A stretch of 64,000 bases of DNA from Candidatus Dormiibacterota bacterium (GTDB taxonomy: Bacteria > Chloroflexota > Dormibacteria > Dormibacterales > Dormibacteraceae): assembly GCA_046727275.1 (NCBI GenBank), contig JBKPCH010000031.1, forward strand, positions 244 through 64,243, read 5' to 3'. Below the pieces are notes generated by a model that saw only the letters and a program-made list of their open reading frames with translations, was not told where the DNA came from and made no database searches. A program made the position numbers and the translations under genes. Below are positions 28,376 through 37,667 of this stretch, in pieces. Positions within the stretch are counted from its first letter, which is position 1. The number at the start of each line of letters is the position of its first letter.

Positions 28376-28717
28376 GTGCTCCACCACGTGCTGGAGGAGG
28401 GCGGCGTGCAGCTGGGCCAGGTGGCCTGGCACCTCGCGCTGCCGAAGAGCACCGCCTCGGCGCTGGTCAAGGACCTGGAGCGGCGCGGCTTCCTCACGCG
28501 CCGGCGCGACCCCAGCGACGAGCGGCGCCTGGCCATCACCCTGACGCCGCTGGGCCGGGAGCGGGTGCGGGCCGACTCCGTCCTCGACCGCGATGGCCTG
28601 GCGAGGGCGCTGGCGGCGCTGGAACCGGAGGAGCGCCTGGCGATGCTGGCGGCGCTGGAGCGGCTGGCGGCGGCGGCCGGCGAGCGGCGCGCTCGGTCGA
28701 GCAAGTCGAGCACGTGA
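28376..28717 (+). CDS. MarR-family regulator, probably 5'-truncated
   Basis: Winged helix: LGQVAWHLALPKSTASALVKDLERRGFLTRRRDPSDERRLAITLTPLGRE. About 35 residues normally found upstream are missing. The only start is GTG, and the frame upstream has no ATG. Confidence 0.55.
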   Translation: MLHHVLEEGGVQLGQVAWHLALPKSTASALVKDLERRGFLTRRRDPSDERRLAITLTPLGRERVRADSVLDRDGLARALAALEPEERLAMLAALERLAAAAGERRARSSKSST

Positions 28718-28745
28718 TCGCCTCGGTCCGGGGCGCCGCGGCAAG

Positions 28746-29624
28746 ATGATCGAGGACGCTATGACGAACCGACGGCGAGCGCTCGTCCTGGGCGGCGGAG
28801 GCGTGACCGGCATCGCCTGGGAGATCGGCCTGTTGGCGGGCCTCATCGAGGCCGGGATCGACCTGGCGTCGGCCGACCTGGTCGTCGGCACATCGGCGGG
28901 GTCGGCGGTCGGCGCCCAGCTCCTGAGCGGCGTCCCGATCGAGGAGACCTACGAGGAGCAGCTGCTGGACGCCGCGGACGAGAGGGCGGACCGGATCGGC
29001 CTCGGCGTGCTCGTGCGCCTCCTGGCAGTCTCGCTCTGGCCCGGTGACCCGCGCCGCGCGCGGGCCCGTCTGGGCCGGGCGGCGCTCGCCGCCCGCACCG
29101 AGTCCGAGTCGGAGTGGCGGGCCCGCTTCGAGCGCGGGCTGTCGAGCCACGTCTGGCCGGAGCGGCGGCTGCTGGTCACCACGGTGGACGCCGGGACCGG
29201 AGAGGCGCTGGTGCTCGACCGTGACAGCGGCGTTCCGCTGGTCGACGCGGTGGCGGCGAGCTGCGCCGTCCCGCTCGTCTTTCCGCCGGTCACGATCAAC
29301 GGGCGGCGCTACATCGACGGCGGGGTGCGCTCGCTCGTCAACGCGGACCTGGCCACCGGCTGCGACCGGGTGGTCGTCCTGGCCCCGGTGACGGCAGCCC
29401 TGCGCCGGGCCGGCCGGGTCGGCCGGCAGCTCGCCTCGCTCGGGCCCGGCGTGCGGTCCCTGGCCGTCAGGCCGGACAGGGTGGCGCGCCGGGCGATCGG
29501 GAGGAACGTCCTCGACCCCGCCCGCAGGGCGGCAGCGGCCCATGCCGGGCGAGCCCAGGCGGCCGGCGTGGCCGGGGCGGTCGCCACTGTGTGGGCGACG
29601 GGCGAGGAACCGGCGCTCGGCTGA
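28746..29624 (+). CDS. patatin-like phospholipase
   Basis: Oxyanion LVLGGGGVTGIAW, nucleophile GTSAG and catalytic Asp in YIDGGV. Confidence 0.8.
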   Translation: MIEDAMTNRRRALVLGGGGVTGIAWEIGLLAGLIEAGIDLASADLVVGTSAGSAVGAQLLSGVPIEETYEEQLLDAADERADRIGLGVLVRLLAVSLWPGDPRRARARLGRAALAARTESESEWRARFERGLSSHVWPERRLLVTTVDAGTGEALVLDRDSGVPLVDAVAASCAVPLVFPPVTINGRRYIDGGVRSLVNADLATGCDRVVVLAPVTAALRRAGRVGRQLASLGPGVRSLAVRPDRVARRAIGRNVLDPARRAAAAHAGRAQAAGVAGAVATVWATGEEPALG

Positions 29625-29666
29625 GCCTCGCCGGACGGCACCAGCGGTGATTATCGTGATGCGCCG

Positions 29667-30092
29667 ATGGCGCGACTCATCTGCACGTGGGCGATCGTCT
29701 CCGACGATGGGAACTGGTACTTCTCTGGCTTCCGCTGGAAGCCGCTGGTGGCGAACCCCACGACGCGCGCGCCTGCGTTCCGGTCGGCGGAGGACCAGCA
29801 GCGGCTCGACTGGATGATGGGGAAGGGGATGGCGACGAACGCCCGCATCGTTGGGAAGCGGCTGGCCGGGTTGGTGGCCGAGCACGGTTCGCTCGCCGAG
29901 GTCGAACGCCTGCTGGCGCGCGGCCTGATCGACCTGGTGCCGCCCGATCCGGACTTCCCGAGGATCGAAGGCCTGCCCACCGGCCCGCGACCGCCGTCGA
30001 CGGCGAGGTGCGAGAACTGCGGTGCGCGCGGGCAGGTGGTCGGCCGGCCCTGCGAATACTGCGAGACCGTCGTCGCCGAGGCCTCCGGCTAG
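29667..30092 (+). CDS. hypothetical protein with C-terminal zinc ribbon
   Basis: 141 aa with balanced composition. The tail reads CENCGARGQVVGRPCEYCETVV. Confidence 0.45.
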   Translation: MARLICTWAIVSDDGNWYFSGFRWKPLVANPTTRAPAFRSAEDQQRLDWMMGKGMATNARIVGKRLAGLVAEHGSLAEVERLLARGLIDLVPPDPDFPRIEGLPTGPRPPSTARCENCGARGQVVGRPCEYCETVVAEASG

Positions 30093-30121
30093 GGCGTCGT
30101 CCTAGGCCGCGGCGTCCCTTC

Positions 30122-31507
30122 TCAACGTCCGGGCACGCCGGGCTGGTCCGCCAGGTCGATCGCGATGGGCCGCGGCGGTGCCCCCAGGGTGATCGGCGCG
30201 GACTTCTGGCCGCTGCGCCTCGCCGCCGCGGCGCTCGCCAGCACCTGCGCGAAGGCCTCCTCGTGGGCGTCGACGACCACTCGCCAGTCGAACCGCTCCC
30301 GTGCCACCTGGAGCCCCCGGGCCGCCAGCCGCGCGGCCAGGCCCGGCTCGCTCCGCAGCCTCCGGACCTGGGCGACGAGCCCGGCCACGTCGTCGGGCTC
30401 GAACAGCAGCCCGTTGCGGCCGTCCTCGATGACGCTGGGGACCCCGCCAGTGCGCGCGGCGACGACTGGCACGCCGGCGGCGTTCGCCTCGCACAGCACA
30501 CGGCCCATCGTCTCGACGTCGCGAACCCGCCCCCGGCCGTGAACGGATTCGCGGCTCGCGAGCACGAACGCGTCCGCGGCCCAGAAGTAGGGGTGGACCC
30601 GGTCATGCGGGATGGCACCCACGAAGGACACGTGCTCCTGGAGGCCCAGCCGCGCGGCGAGCAGGCGGCAGGCGCCCGCCATCGGGCCATCGCCCACCAC
30701 CACCAGGTGCGCCTCGGGCCTCGTCCGTCTGAGCTCCGCCAGGGCGGCGAGGAGGACGTCGATGCCCTTCTTGGGCTGCAGGCGGCAGATGGTCGCGAGC
30801 AGGAACCGGTCCCTCGGGAGCCCGAGCTCCAGGCGAAGGGCGGAGACGTCCAGCTCGGGCCGCGCGAAGCGCTCCACGTCCACGCCGCCCACGACGACTC
30901 GAACGCGGCCGGCGGACGCGCCCGCGGCGGTCAGGAGGTCAGCAGTGAACTCGCTGTTGGCGAAGACCCGGTCCATCGACCGGAGCGACTCGGCCATGAG
31001 CCGGTGCCGTCGCTCCTGGAACAGCCGGTCGACGAAGGCCGGCCGGCGCAGCTTGCGGAAGGCGCCGTACAGCAGCCGCTCGACGACCTCGGCGCTGAGC
31101 AGGCGGCTGCCGCGACGAAAGGGGTAGGCGATCCACGGCCGCAGGACGTCGTTGCCGGCCGACCGGCAGACGGCCGGAAGGCCGAGAGCCGGCGCCAGCG
31201 CGCCGTAGAACACCGTGGACGCGTAGACCAGGTCCGGCCGAGACCGGCGCCCGTGCGCGGCCAGCAGGTCGATGTTGCGCCAGTGGCCGACCCGGCTGAG
31301 GACGCGCCGGACGGGGAAGGGCTGGAGCGCGTCGAAGGCCGCGGCGCGGTCGCGCTCGCGCCGGTCGACCGTCCGGTACGTGAAGACGTCCACCTCGTAC
31401 CCCCGAGCGGCCAGGTACCGCGTCAGGTGGAGGGCGTGGCTCTGCATGCCGCCCAGCTTCGGCGGGAACTCGGTCAGCACCAGCAGCACGCGCACGCTTC
31501 CCGTCAT
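30122..31507 (-). CDS. GT4-family (GT-B) glycosyltransferase
   Basis: The ATG at 31507 is preceded by AGGAG. Key strings are VLLVLTEFPPKLGGMQSHALHLTRYLAARGYEVDVFT and the EX7E-region ETMGRVLCEANAAGVPVVAARTGGVPSVIEDGRNGLLFEP. Confidence 0.85.
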   Translation of the reverse strand: MTGSVRVLLVLTEFPPKLGGMQSHALHLTRYLAARGYEVDVFTYRTVDRRERDRAAAFDALQPFPVRRVLSRVGHWRNIDLLAAHGRRSRPDLVYASTVFYGALAPALGLPAVCRSAGNDVLRPWIAYPFRRGSRLLSAEVVERLLYGAFRKLRRPAFVDRLFQERRHRLMAESLRSMDRVFANSEFTADLLTAAGASAGRVRVVVGGVDVERFARPELDVSALRLELGLPRDRFLLATICRLQPKKGIDVLLAALAELRRTRPEAHLVVVGDGPMAGACRLLAARLGLQEHVSFVGAIPHDRVHPYFWAADAFVLASRESVHGRGRVRDVETMGRVLCEANAAGVPVVAARTGGVPSVIEDGRNGLLFEPDDVAGLVAQVRRLRSEPGLAARLAARGLQVARERFDWRVVVDAHEEAFAQVLASAAAARRSGQKSAPITLGAPPRPIAIDLADQPGVPGR

Positions 31508-31964
31508 CACGGCTCCTGCATGGAGGATGCCCCACCCGGCGCTGCCCGCCGCAGTGTACCTCGGCCCGTGCACCGTGTCGTGCGTAGACTGCCGGCCGAT
31601 GTGCGAGCAATGGCGCGCGGGGCAGGCGGCGTGGCCGGCTGACCCGTCAGGACCGCCGGAAGGGTCGTCTATGGGGCCCTGTCGTCGTCGTCCTCGCTGT
31701 GTGCCTGGCGGCGCTGAATGCCGTGTGCGAGCTGATGGCATCGTCCCGCCTTCCACCAGGTCCTGCAGCGGGGTGAGGAACTGGCAATGTTCGACTGCGG
31801 CATGGACACCGACTACAGCACGTTGGTGCTCGTCCTCGTCTACGCAGCGCACTCCGCACATCACAATCCGATCTATGCGCAGCGCTCGATGAGCATCGCC
31901 TTTCGCGATGCCGGCGTGCCCACGCCAACCTCAGCGGCGAGGTCTGCGGCTGAGGCCGACCGAC

Positions 31965-32678
31965 TCAGGGGCGGCGGGCGCGGACGTGCAGGAAGTACGG
32001 GATGCGGACCGCACGCGAGCCGAGGTGGGGGCCAGCCGGCCGTGGCTCGCGAACGGACTCGGTCAGCAGCCCCGCCTCCTCCAGCGCGGCGAAGTAGTCC
32101 TCCAGGGGGTGGTGCAGCGATTCGAAGGTCATGCGCAGGCCGCCCTGCTCCACCTCGTCCCGGTAGCGCCGAGTTGCGAAGTAGCCCTCCGCGAGCACGT
32201 ACGCCGCGTCCGGCTCCGGGCCGGCGAACGCGCCTCCCGAGTTGATCGGGTGCACGACGGCGAGGCAGAGCCGGCCGCCCGGCTTCAGCACCCGGGCCAT
32301 CTCCCGGACCGCGCCGGCCATGTCGTCCATGTCGTGCAGGCTCATGAACGCGACGACCAGGTCGGCGGCGGCGTCGGGAAAGGGCAGTCGAGACGCGTCG
32401 GCCACGAGCGTGCCCAGCGCTCCGCCGGCCGCCGCGGCGTGACGGGCCATCGTCGGGGACCGGTCCAGCGCCACCACCAGGTGGCCCCGAGCAGTCAGGT
32501 CGCGGGCCACCCGTCCGTCTCCGCAGCCGACGTCGAGGGTCAGCCGGCCGGGCGGCGGCACGGTGGCCAGGAACGCGTCTCGGTGGAAGCGCCAGTAGCT
32601 GTCGTGGCCGGGGGCGCGCGCCCAGGCCACCCAGGCGGCGGCCTCCGACTCCCAGGCATCGCCGAGGCTTCGCATCAC
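31965..32678 (-). CDS. class I SAM-dependent methyltransferase
   Basis: Motif I LDVGCGDGRVARDL, then VVALDRS, DLVVAFMSLHDM and LKPGGRL. Confidence 0.8.
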   Translation of the reverse strand: MMRSLGDAWESEAAAWVAWARAPGHDSYWRFHRDAFLATVPPPGRLTLDVGCGDGRVARDLTARGHLVVALDRSPTMARHAAAAGGALGTLVADASRLPFPDAAADLVVAFMSLHDMDDMAGAVREMARVLKPGGRLCLAVVHPINSGGAFAGPEPDAAYVLAEGYFATRRYRDEVEQGGLRMTFESLHHPLEDYFAALEEAGLLTESVREPRPAGPHLGSRAVRIPYFLHVRARRP

Positions 32679-33046
32679 GGAGCGATCATCCCAGCGGCGC
32701 CTGGGACGTGCGCACTGCGCGCTGTCAGCACGACATAGACGAGCGCGGGCGTGAGGACGACGGCCCAGCGCGGATAGGCCGAACGACGCCGAGGACGACC
32801 CATCCGTAACAGACCGACGCGACGACCAGCATCAGAGCAGCCAGCGCGAGCACCTGACCTCGCCGAGCTGAAAGACGTCCTGCAGCCCGGAAGCGTTCGA
32901 CACCCGCGCGCCGTAGTCCGCCGCATGGTCGAGCAGGCCGCGATAGAGGAAGGTCCCGTGGAACGCCGCGCCCCAGGCATACGCCCAGGACTCGATCGCC
33001 AGCCGCAGGGAGAAAGGCAACGCGGCAGCGCCGGGTGGCCAGCCAG

Positions 33047-33781
33047 CTACCTGCCGGGCGGCCGGCGGCGGCGGACGATCTCCGCCGCGACGCCGACCAG
33101 CTCCGCGTTGTCCGCCGCCCGGCTGCCGTCCGGCAGGTAGAGCGTGTCCTCCAGCCCGACACGCACGTCCCAGCCCTGCTCCGCCGCGTGCTCGATGACG
33201 CGCCACGTGGCGATCCCCGAGCCGTGATAGACGCGAGGCCCCGTGATGCCCGCGTGGTCCAGGGCGGCCGTGATGACCGTGGCCTCGGCGTCCGCCCGAA
33301 CCGGGTCCGGGTCCGGCGGCTCGACCAGCACCCGCACGAGGCGGTGAGCCTGGCCGCTCTCCAGCAGCGCTCCGACGTCGGCGACGGTCCAGACTCCCGC
33401 CTCGATCCCGATCCCGATCCCGTGCAGCAGCTCGCACATCTCGACGAACCCCGGCTCGGAGCAGTTGACCGAGACGAAGTCGGGGCGCTCGTACCAGGCC
33501 CGGATCCGATCACGCCTGGCCGGGTCGGCCTCGATCCAGGTGGCGGTGCTCAATCCGACCGGCACGCCCGGACACGACCGCCGGATCGCCTGCAGCGTCT
33601 GGGCGCACGCCTCGGGATCGAGCGTCTCCACGCCGTCGGCTCCTCGCGGATGCACGTGCAGCGCGCCGGCGCCGGCGCCCACCGCGCGGCCAGCGTCGGC
33701 GGCCAGCTGGCCGGCGGTCACCGGCAGCGCCTCGTGGTCGCCGGGCCTCCGCGAACCGTTCAGACAGGCCTTGATCAGCAC
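33047..33781 (-). CDS. 3-keto-5-aminohexanoate cleavage enzyme family (BKACE/DUF849)
   Basis: MLIKACLNGSRRPGDHEALPVTAGQLAADA...GALHVHPRGADG...RVGLEDTLYLPDG matches the DUF849 TIM-barrel pattern. Confidence 0.75.
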   Translation of the reverse strand: MLIKACLNGSRRPGDHEALPVTAGQLAADAGRAVGAGAGALHVHPRGADGVETLDPEACAQTLQAIRRSCPGVPVGLSTATWIEADPARRDRIRAWYERPDFVSVNCSEPGFVEMCELLHGIGIGIEAGVWTVADVGALLESGQAHRLVRVLVEPPDPDPVRADAEATVITAALDHAGITGPRVYHGSGIATWRVIEHAAEQGWDVRVGLEDTLYLPDGSRAADNAELVGVAAEIVRRRRPPGR

Positions 33782-33849
33782 GACGGCAGCGTACGCCCGG
33801 GCCCGGGGCCGCTCGCCTCCCGGGCGCGGCCGGGTGAGAACCTTGGCGA

Positions 33850-34269
33850 ATGGAACAGCGCATCAGCCTGATCACCCTGGGCGTCCGCGACCTGGCCAGG
33901 GCGCGGGCCTTCTACGAGTCGATGGGCTGGACGGGGGCTGTCCAGCCCGACGACGAGGTCGTGTTCTTCCAGGCGCGCGGAATGGTCCTCTCGCTCTGGA
34001 AGCGCGAGCGGCTCGTGGAGGACGCCCGGCTGCCGGACGCCGGCGGCTTCGGGGCGGTCGCGCTCGCGTACAACGTCCGTTCCCCGGACGAGGTCGACCA
34101 GGTCATGGCCCGGGCGGAGAGGGCGGGCGCTGCGATCAACCGGCGGCCGGGCCCGACCGAGTGGGGCGGCTACTCCGGCCTGTTCGTCGACCCCGAGGGC
34201 CATCCCTGGGAGGTCGCGTACAACCCCGGCTGGCGGCTGGCAGAGGACGGCACGGTCGACCTCGGCTGA
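33850..34269 (+). CDS. VOC-family protein
   Basis: ISLITLGVRDLARARAFYESMGW...GLFVDPEGHPWEVAYNPGW. Confidence 0.8.
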   Translation: MEQRISLITLGVRDLARARAFYESMGWTGAVQPDDEVVFFQARGMVLSLWKRERLVEDARLPDAGGFGAVALAYNVRSPDEVDQVMARAERAGAAINRRPGPTEWGGYSGLFVDPEGHPWEVAYNPGWRLAEDGTVDLG

Positions 34270-34357
34270 GGCGGTGTCCGTGTCGATCCGGCGGGCGTCC
34301 GTTCGTATGGAGGGTGAACGGCCGGCACCTCCGCCGCCGGCCTCGAGGAGGAACGTC

Positions 34358-34819
34358 ATGGTGCTCAGCTCTCCCGCCTTCGAGAACGGTGAGGCGATAC
34401 CGCTCAAGCACGCCAGGGCGGGAGAGAACGTGTCTCCTCCGCTGGTGTGGACGGCGGCGCCACCGGGGGCGCGGTCGTTCGCCCTTGCAGTGGTGGACGT
34501 GCACCCCGTCGCGCGAAACTATGTGCACTGGCTCGTCGCCGGCCTCGGCCCGGACGTGTCCTCGATCGCGGAGGGGGCCTCGGGCAGCCACCAGATGCCG
34601 CCCGGATCGCGGGAGCTCAAGGCGTACGTCGGCCCCTTCCCGCCGTCTGGCTCCCACGACTACGAGTTTCGCCTGTACGCGCTCGAGACGGACGCGGTCG
34701 ACCTGCCCGGCAAGGTCTCGCTGGACCTGTTCACGCAGGTCGTGGAGCGGAGCAGCCTGGCCACGGCCGTGCTCGTGGGGAGGTTCACGCGAGCCGGGAC
34801 GAAGGCGAACAGGGCTTGA
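34358..34819 (+). CDS. YbhB/YbcL (PEBP/Raf-kinase-inhibitor-like) family protein
   Basis: The ATG at 34358 is preceded by GAGGAGG. Key strings are SPAFENGEAIPLKH, SPPLVW, VHWLV and HDYEFRLYAL. Confidence 0.8.
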   Translation: MVLSSPAFENGEAIPLKHARAGENVSPPLVWTAAPPGARSFALAVVDVHPVARNYVHWLVAGLGPDVSSIAEGASGSHQMPPGSRELKAYVGPFPPSGSHDYEFRLYALETDAVDLPGKVSLDLFTQVVERSSLATAVLVGRFTRAGTKANRA

Positions 34820-35037
34820 GATCAGCCGGCGCGGCGGGCCCGCCGGTGCTGGCTCCCGTCCCTGGCCCGGCGCAGTGTTCAGCATTTTGTCGCGGTCCGG
34901 TACGGGGACCGCGAGTGCCCCTCTCCTGCGGCCGATACATTGCCGACCAGTCGTGAAAGCGCTCTCGGTCGTGCCGCGTCGCCCCGGCGGCCTTCGCGCT
35001 GGCCCCGTCCGGGGCGGGCGCCGCTCCAGGAGTTGAG

Positions 35038-35487
35038 ATGAGCACCGACGTCGAAGAGATGGGACCGATCGACTACCTGGTCATCGAGTTCCCGGGCAGC
35101 CACATGAGCGGAGAGGGCCTGCCTCTCCTCGTCGACCTCGTCGATCGAGGGATCGTCCGGGTCCTCGACCTGGTGTTCATCAGGAAGATGCCGGACGGCT
35201 CCGTCGTTCGCATAGAGCTCTCGGGCCCCGGCACCGATGGAGCGGACCTGTCGATGTTCGAGGGCGCGTCGTCGGGACTCCTGGACCAGGGGGACATCGA
35301 CGCCGCCGCGGAGGCCATCCAGCCGGGCAGCACGGCGGGCTTGATCGTCTACGAGAATCGCTGGGCGGCGCCGCTGGCGACGGCGCTTCGGCGCGGCGGT
35401 GCCCAGCTGGTGGCCAGCGGGCGCATCCCCGTCCAGGCGTTGCTGGCTGCCATCGACGCGGCGGAAGCTGCTTCGCAGCGAACCTGA
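35038..35487 (+). CDS. DUF6325/DUF1269-like protein
   Basis: MGPIDYLVIEFPGSHMSGEGLPLLVDLVDRGIVRVLDLVFIRKMPDGSV...GLIVYENRWAAPLATALRRGGAQLVASGRIP. AGGAG lies upstream. Confidence 0.6.
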   Translation: MSTDVEEMGPIDYLVIEFPGSHMSGEGLPLLVDLVDRGIVRVLDLVFIRKMPDGSVVRIELSGPGTDGADLSMFEGASSGLLDQGDIDAAAEAIQPGSTAGLIVYENRWAAPLATALRRGGAQLVASGRIPVQALLAAIDAAEAASQRT

Positions 35488-35507
35488 GCCGACAAGGAGG
35501 AGAAGCG

Positions 35508-35786
35508 ATGCCAGGACTGGTTCGCGGGGTCGCACGCACCGCGGCGATTGCCGGCACGGCGACGGCCGTGTCCAACCGGGTCTCTCGCCGGCAGGCGGGC
35601 CGCTGGGCGGCACAGGAGCAGCAGGCTTACGCGCAGCAGCCGCAGCAGGCCTATCCAGAACCCGCCGCGCCGGCCGATATGACCAGCCAGCTGGAACAGC
35701 TGAAGCAGCTGGGTGAGCTCAAGGACCAGGGGGTCCTCACCGAGGCGGAGTTCGAGGCGCAGAAGCAGAAGATCCTGAGCGGCTGA
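35508..35786 (+). CDS. SHOCT-domain protein
   Basis: C-terminus is LEQLKQLGELKDQGVLTEAEFEAQKQKIL. AAGGAGG lies upstream. Confidence 0.75.
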   Translation: MPGLVRGVARTAAIAGTATAVSNRVSRRQAGRWAAQEQQAYAQQPQQAYPEPAAPADMTSQLEQLKQLGELKDQGVLTEAEFEAQKQKILSG

Positions 35787-35943
35787 TCCGCGGCCCCACC
35801 GCGCTCAGTCCGACCTGCCGCGCACCGCGGGCAGGAGCCTGAGCAGCAGGCCCCTGCAGCTGCTCCTGCTCGGCGCCGCTGAGGGCCGCGAAGAACTCCC
35901 GCGGCGCCGGCTCTCGGGGCACGTCGCGTCGCACCATGGGCCG

Positions 35944-36867
35944 ATGCGCGTCCACCTCGACACCGACCTCGGCGGCGACCCGGATGACGCCTGCGCCCTG
36001 GCAATGCTCCTCGGGTGGCCCGGCGTGGAGCTCGTCGGAATCACCACCACCATCGATCCCGGCGGCCGCAGGGCGGGCTACGTCGCCCACTGCCTCCGGC
36101 TGGCCGGCCGAGAGGGCATCCCGGTGGCGGCCGGCGCCGCCGTGTCGATGACCACCCTCGAACTGGCGGAGCCGGCCGGCGAGTCCCACTGGCCTGCGAT
36201 CGCGGTCCCGCGGCCCTCGCCCCCCGGCGCCGCCCTCGACCTCCTGGAACGCAGCATCGCGTCCGGGGCGACCGTCGTGGCCATCGGGCCATGCACCAAC
36301 CTCGGGCTCCTGGAGATCGCCCGCCCAGGCACGCTGGGCCAGACGCCCGTCACCCTCATGGGCGGCTGGGTGCAGCCGCCGGCGCAGGGGCTGCCCGCCT
36401 GGGGGCCGGAGATGGACTGGAACGTCCAGTGGGACACCCGGGCGGCCGAGATCGTGGGCGGGGCCGCGATCGACCTGACGCTGGCCACGCTCCCGGCGAC
36501 CCTTCAGGGGCACCTGCGCGCGGCCGACCTGCCCCGCCTGCGCGCTTCCGGACCGCTCGGCGAGCTGCTCGCCCGCCAGAGCGAGCTCCACGCGGTCGAG
36601 GCGGGGATGGCCGAGCTGGGCCCGGCTCATGCCGCCCTGCCGGACGACCTGCTGAACTTCCACTACGACCCGATCGCCTGTGCCGTGGCGCTGGACTGGC
36701 CGGGCGCCACGATCGAGGAGATGCGCCTCCGGCCGGTCGTCCGGGGCGGCGTGCTGCGCTTCGAGCCGGACCCGGCCGGGCGGCCCGTCCGTGTGCTGGT
36801 CGGCCTGGACGGGCCGGCGTTCACCGAGGCCTGGCTGACGGCTGTCGAGACCGCCGGCCGCCGATGA
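35944..36867 (+). CDS. nucleoside hydrolase (IUNH family)
   Basis: The N-terminal VHLDTDLGGDPDDACALAML is the DxDxxxDD fingerprint. Confidence 0.85.
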   Translation: MRVHLDTDLGGDPDDACALAMLLGWPGVELVGITTTIDPGGRRAGYVAHCLRLAGREGIPVAAGAAVSMTTLELAEPAGESHWPAIAVPRPSPPGAALDLLERSIASGATVVAIGPCTNLGLLEIARPGTLGQTPVTLMGGWVQPPAQGLPAWGPEMDWNVQWDTRAAEIVGGAAIDLTLATLPATLQGHLRAADLPRLRASGPLGELLARQSELHAVEAGMAELGPAHAALPDDLLNFHYDPIACAVALDWPGATIEEMRLRPVVRGGVLRFEPDPAGRPVRVLVGLDGPAFTEAWLTAVETAGRR

Positions 36868-36882
36868 CCATGGCGGAGGCGG

Positions 36883-37419
36883 GTGGAGGTACCACCTCTG
36901 CGGACTGACCTGGGCCGCCGGCCTATCGTTGGCGCGATGAGCCTCGACAGCCGCGACCTCGACGCCGCAGCCGTGTACCGCTTCCGCCTCCGCCTGGCGC
37001 TCGGCACCCCGAGCTCGGTGGCGCCGCCGCGGAGCGTGCGGGACGTGGTGGCCGGCATCCGGCACGCGAGCGGCCGGCTTGCGGCGCGAGCCGAGGAGGT
37101 GGCGGCGACCGCGGAGCACCTCGGCGAGCGCGGCTGGCGCACGCTGAGCGACGCGCCCACCGGCCGGGACGTGCTGGCGACGCACGGCTTCGCCGTGCCG
37201 GACGGGACGACGCTGCCAGAGGAGGTCGGGCTGGCCCGGGAGGCGAGCGCCCGCGAGGTGGCGGCCGACCTGGCCGATGCCGGGCCCCTGGCCGGCGAGC
37301 TGGAGGAGAGCCTCACCGTCCGGGTCGAGGGCCTGGACATCCCGGTCCGGCTCCGCCCGGCGCCAGAGCTGAGGTACTCGCCGCGCGAGTTCCTGGAGAC
37401 CTTCTCGGTCCGTACCTGA
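36883..37419 (+). CDS. hypothetical protein
   Basis: 178-aa ORF in a coding-like frame. No family recognised. The internal ATG at 36937 is an alternative start. Confidence 0.4.
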   Translation: MEVPPLRTDLGRRPIVGAMSLDSRDLDAAAVYRFRLRLALGTPSSVAPPRSVRDVVAGIRHASGRLAARAEEVAATAEHLGERGWRTLSDAPTGRDVLATHGFAVPDGTTLPEEVGLAREASAREVAADLADAGPLAGELEESLTVRVEGLDIPVRLRPAPELRYSPREFLETFSVRT

Positions 37420-37437
37420 GCTCCCGGCCGGCCGGGC

Positions 37438-37581
37438 CTACGTCGCAGCCGGCCGGAACTGGTCGCAGACGGGCGCCTGCGCCTCGGTGTGGTAGTTCCA
37501 GCGCCGGCACCAGGCGAGCCCGTCGAACTGCCGGCAGGACCCGCACGTCACCCTGGGGTTGGACCGGGGCAGCTTGCGCAT
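37438..37581 (-). CDS. small Cys-rich protein (47 aa) trailing the pur operon
   Basis: MRKLPRSNPRVTCGSCRQFDGLAWCRRWNYHTEAQAPVCDQFRPAAT. GGAGG lies about 6 nt upstream of the ATG at 37581. It sits 86 nt downstream of the purH stop on the same strand. Confidence 0.45.
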   Translation of the reverse strand: MRKLPRSNPRVTCGSCRQFDGLAWCRRWNYHTEAQAPVCDQFRPAAT

Positions 37582-37667
37582 AAGCCCCTCCGGCCGCTCG
37601 CCTGGAAACGCGTCTCGCCGTCCGGGATCGTCCACGGTGCCTCCATCGTAAGCGCCGTGCCGCCGCA

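Noticed and set aside
32680-33046. Membrane-like text split over three minus-strand frames: LPFSLRLAIESWAYAWGAAFHGTFLYRGLL, VLALAALMLVVASVCYGWVVLGVV and AYPRWAVVLTPALVYVVLTA.
   Set aside because: This could be another frameshifted membrane-protein remnant between the methyltransferase and BKACE genes. I cannot assemble a coherent protein or name a family.
37420-37437. Palindrome cccggccggccggg between the convergent genes 36883-37419 and 37438-37581 as a bidirectional terminator.
   Set aside because: It has essentially no loop and no U-tract. Such GC palindromes occur by chance at this GC content.
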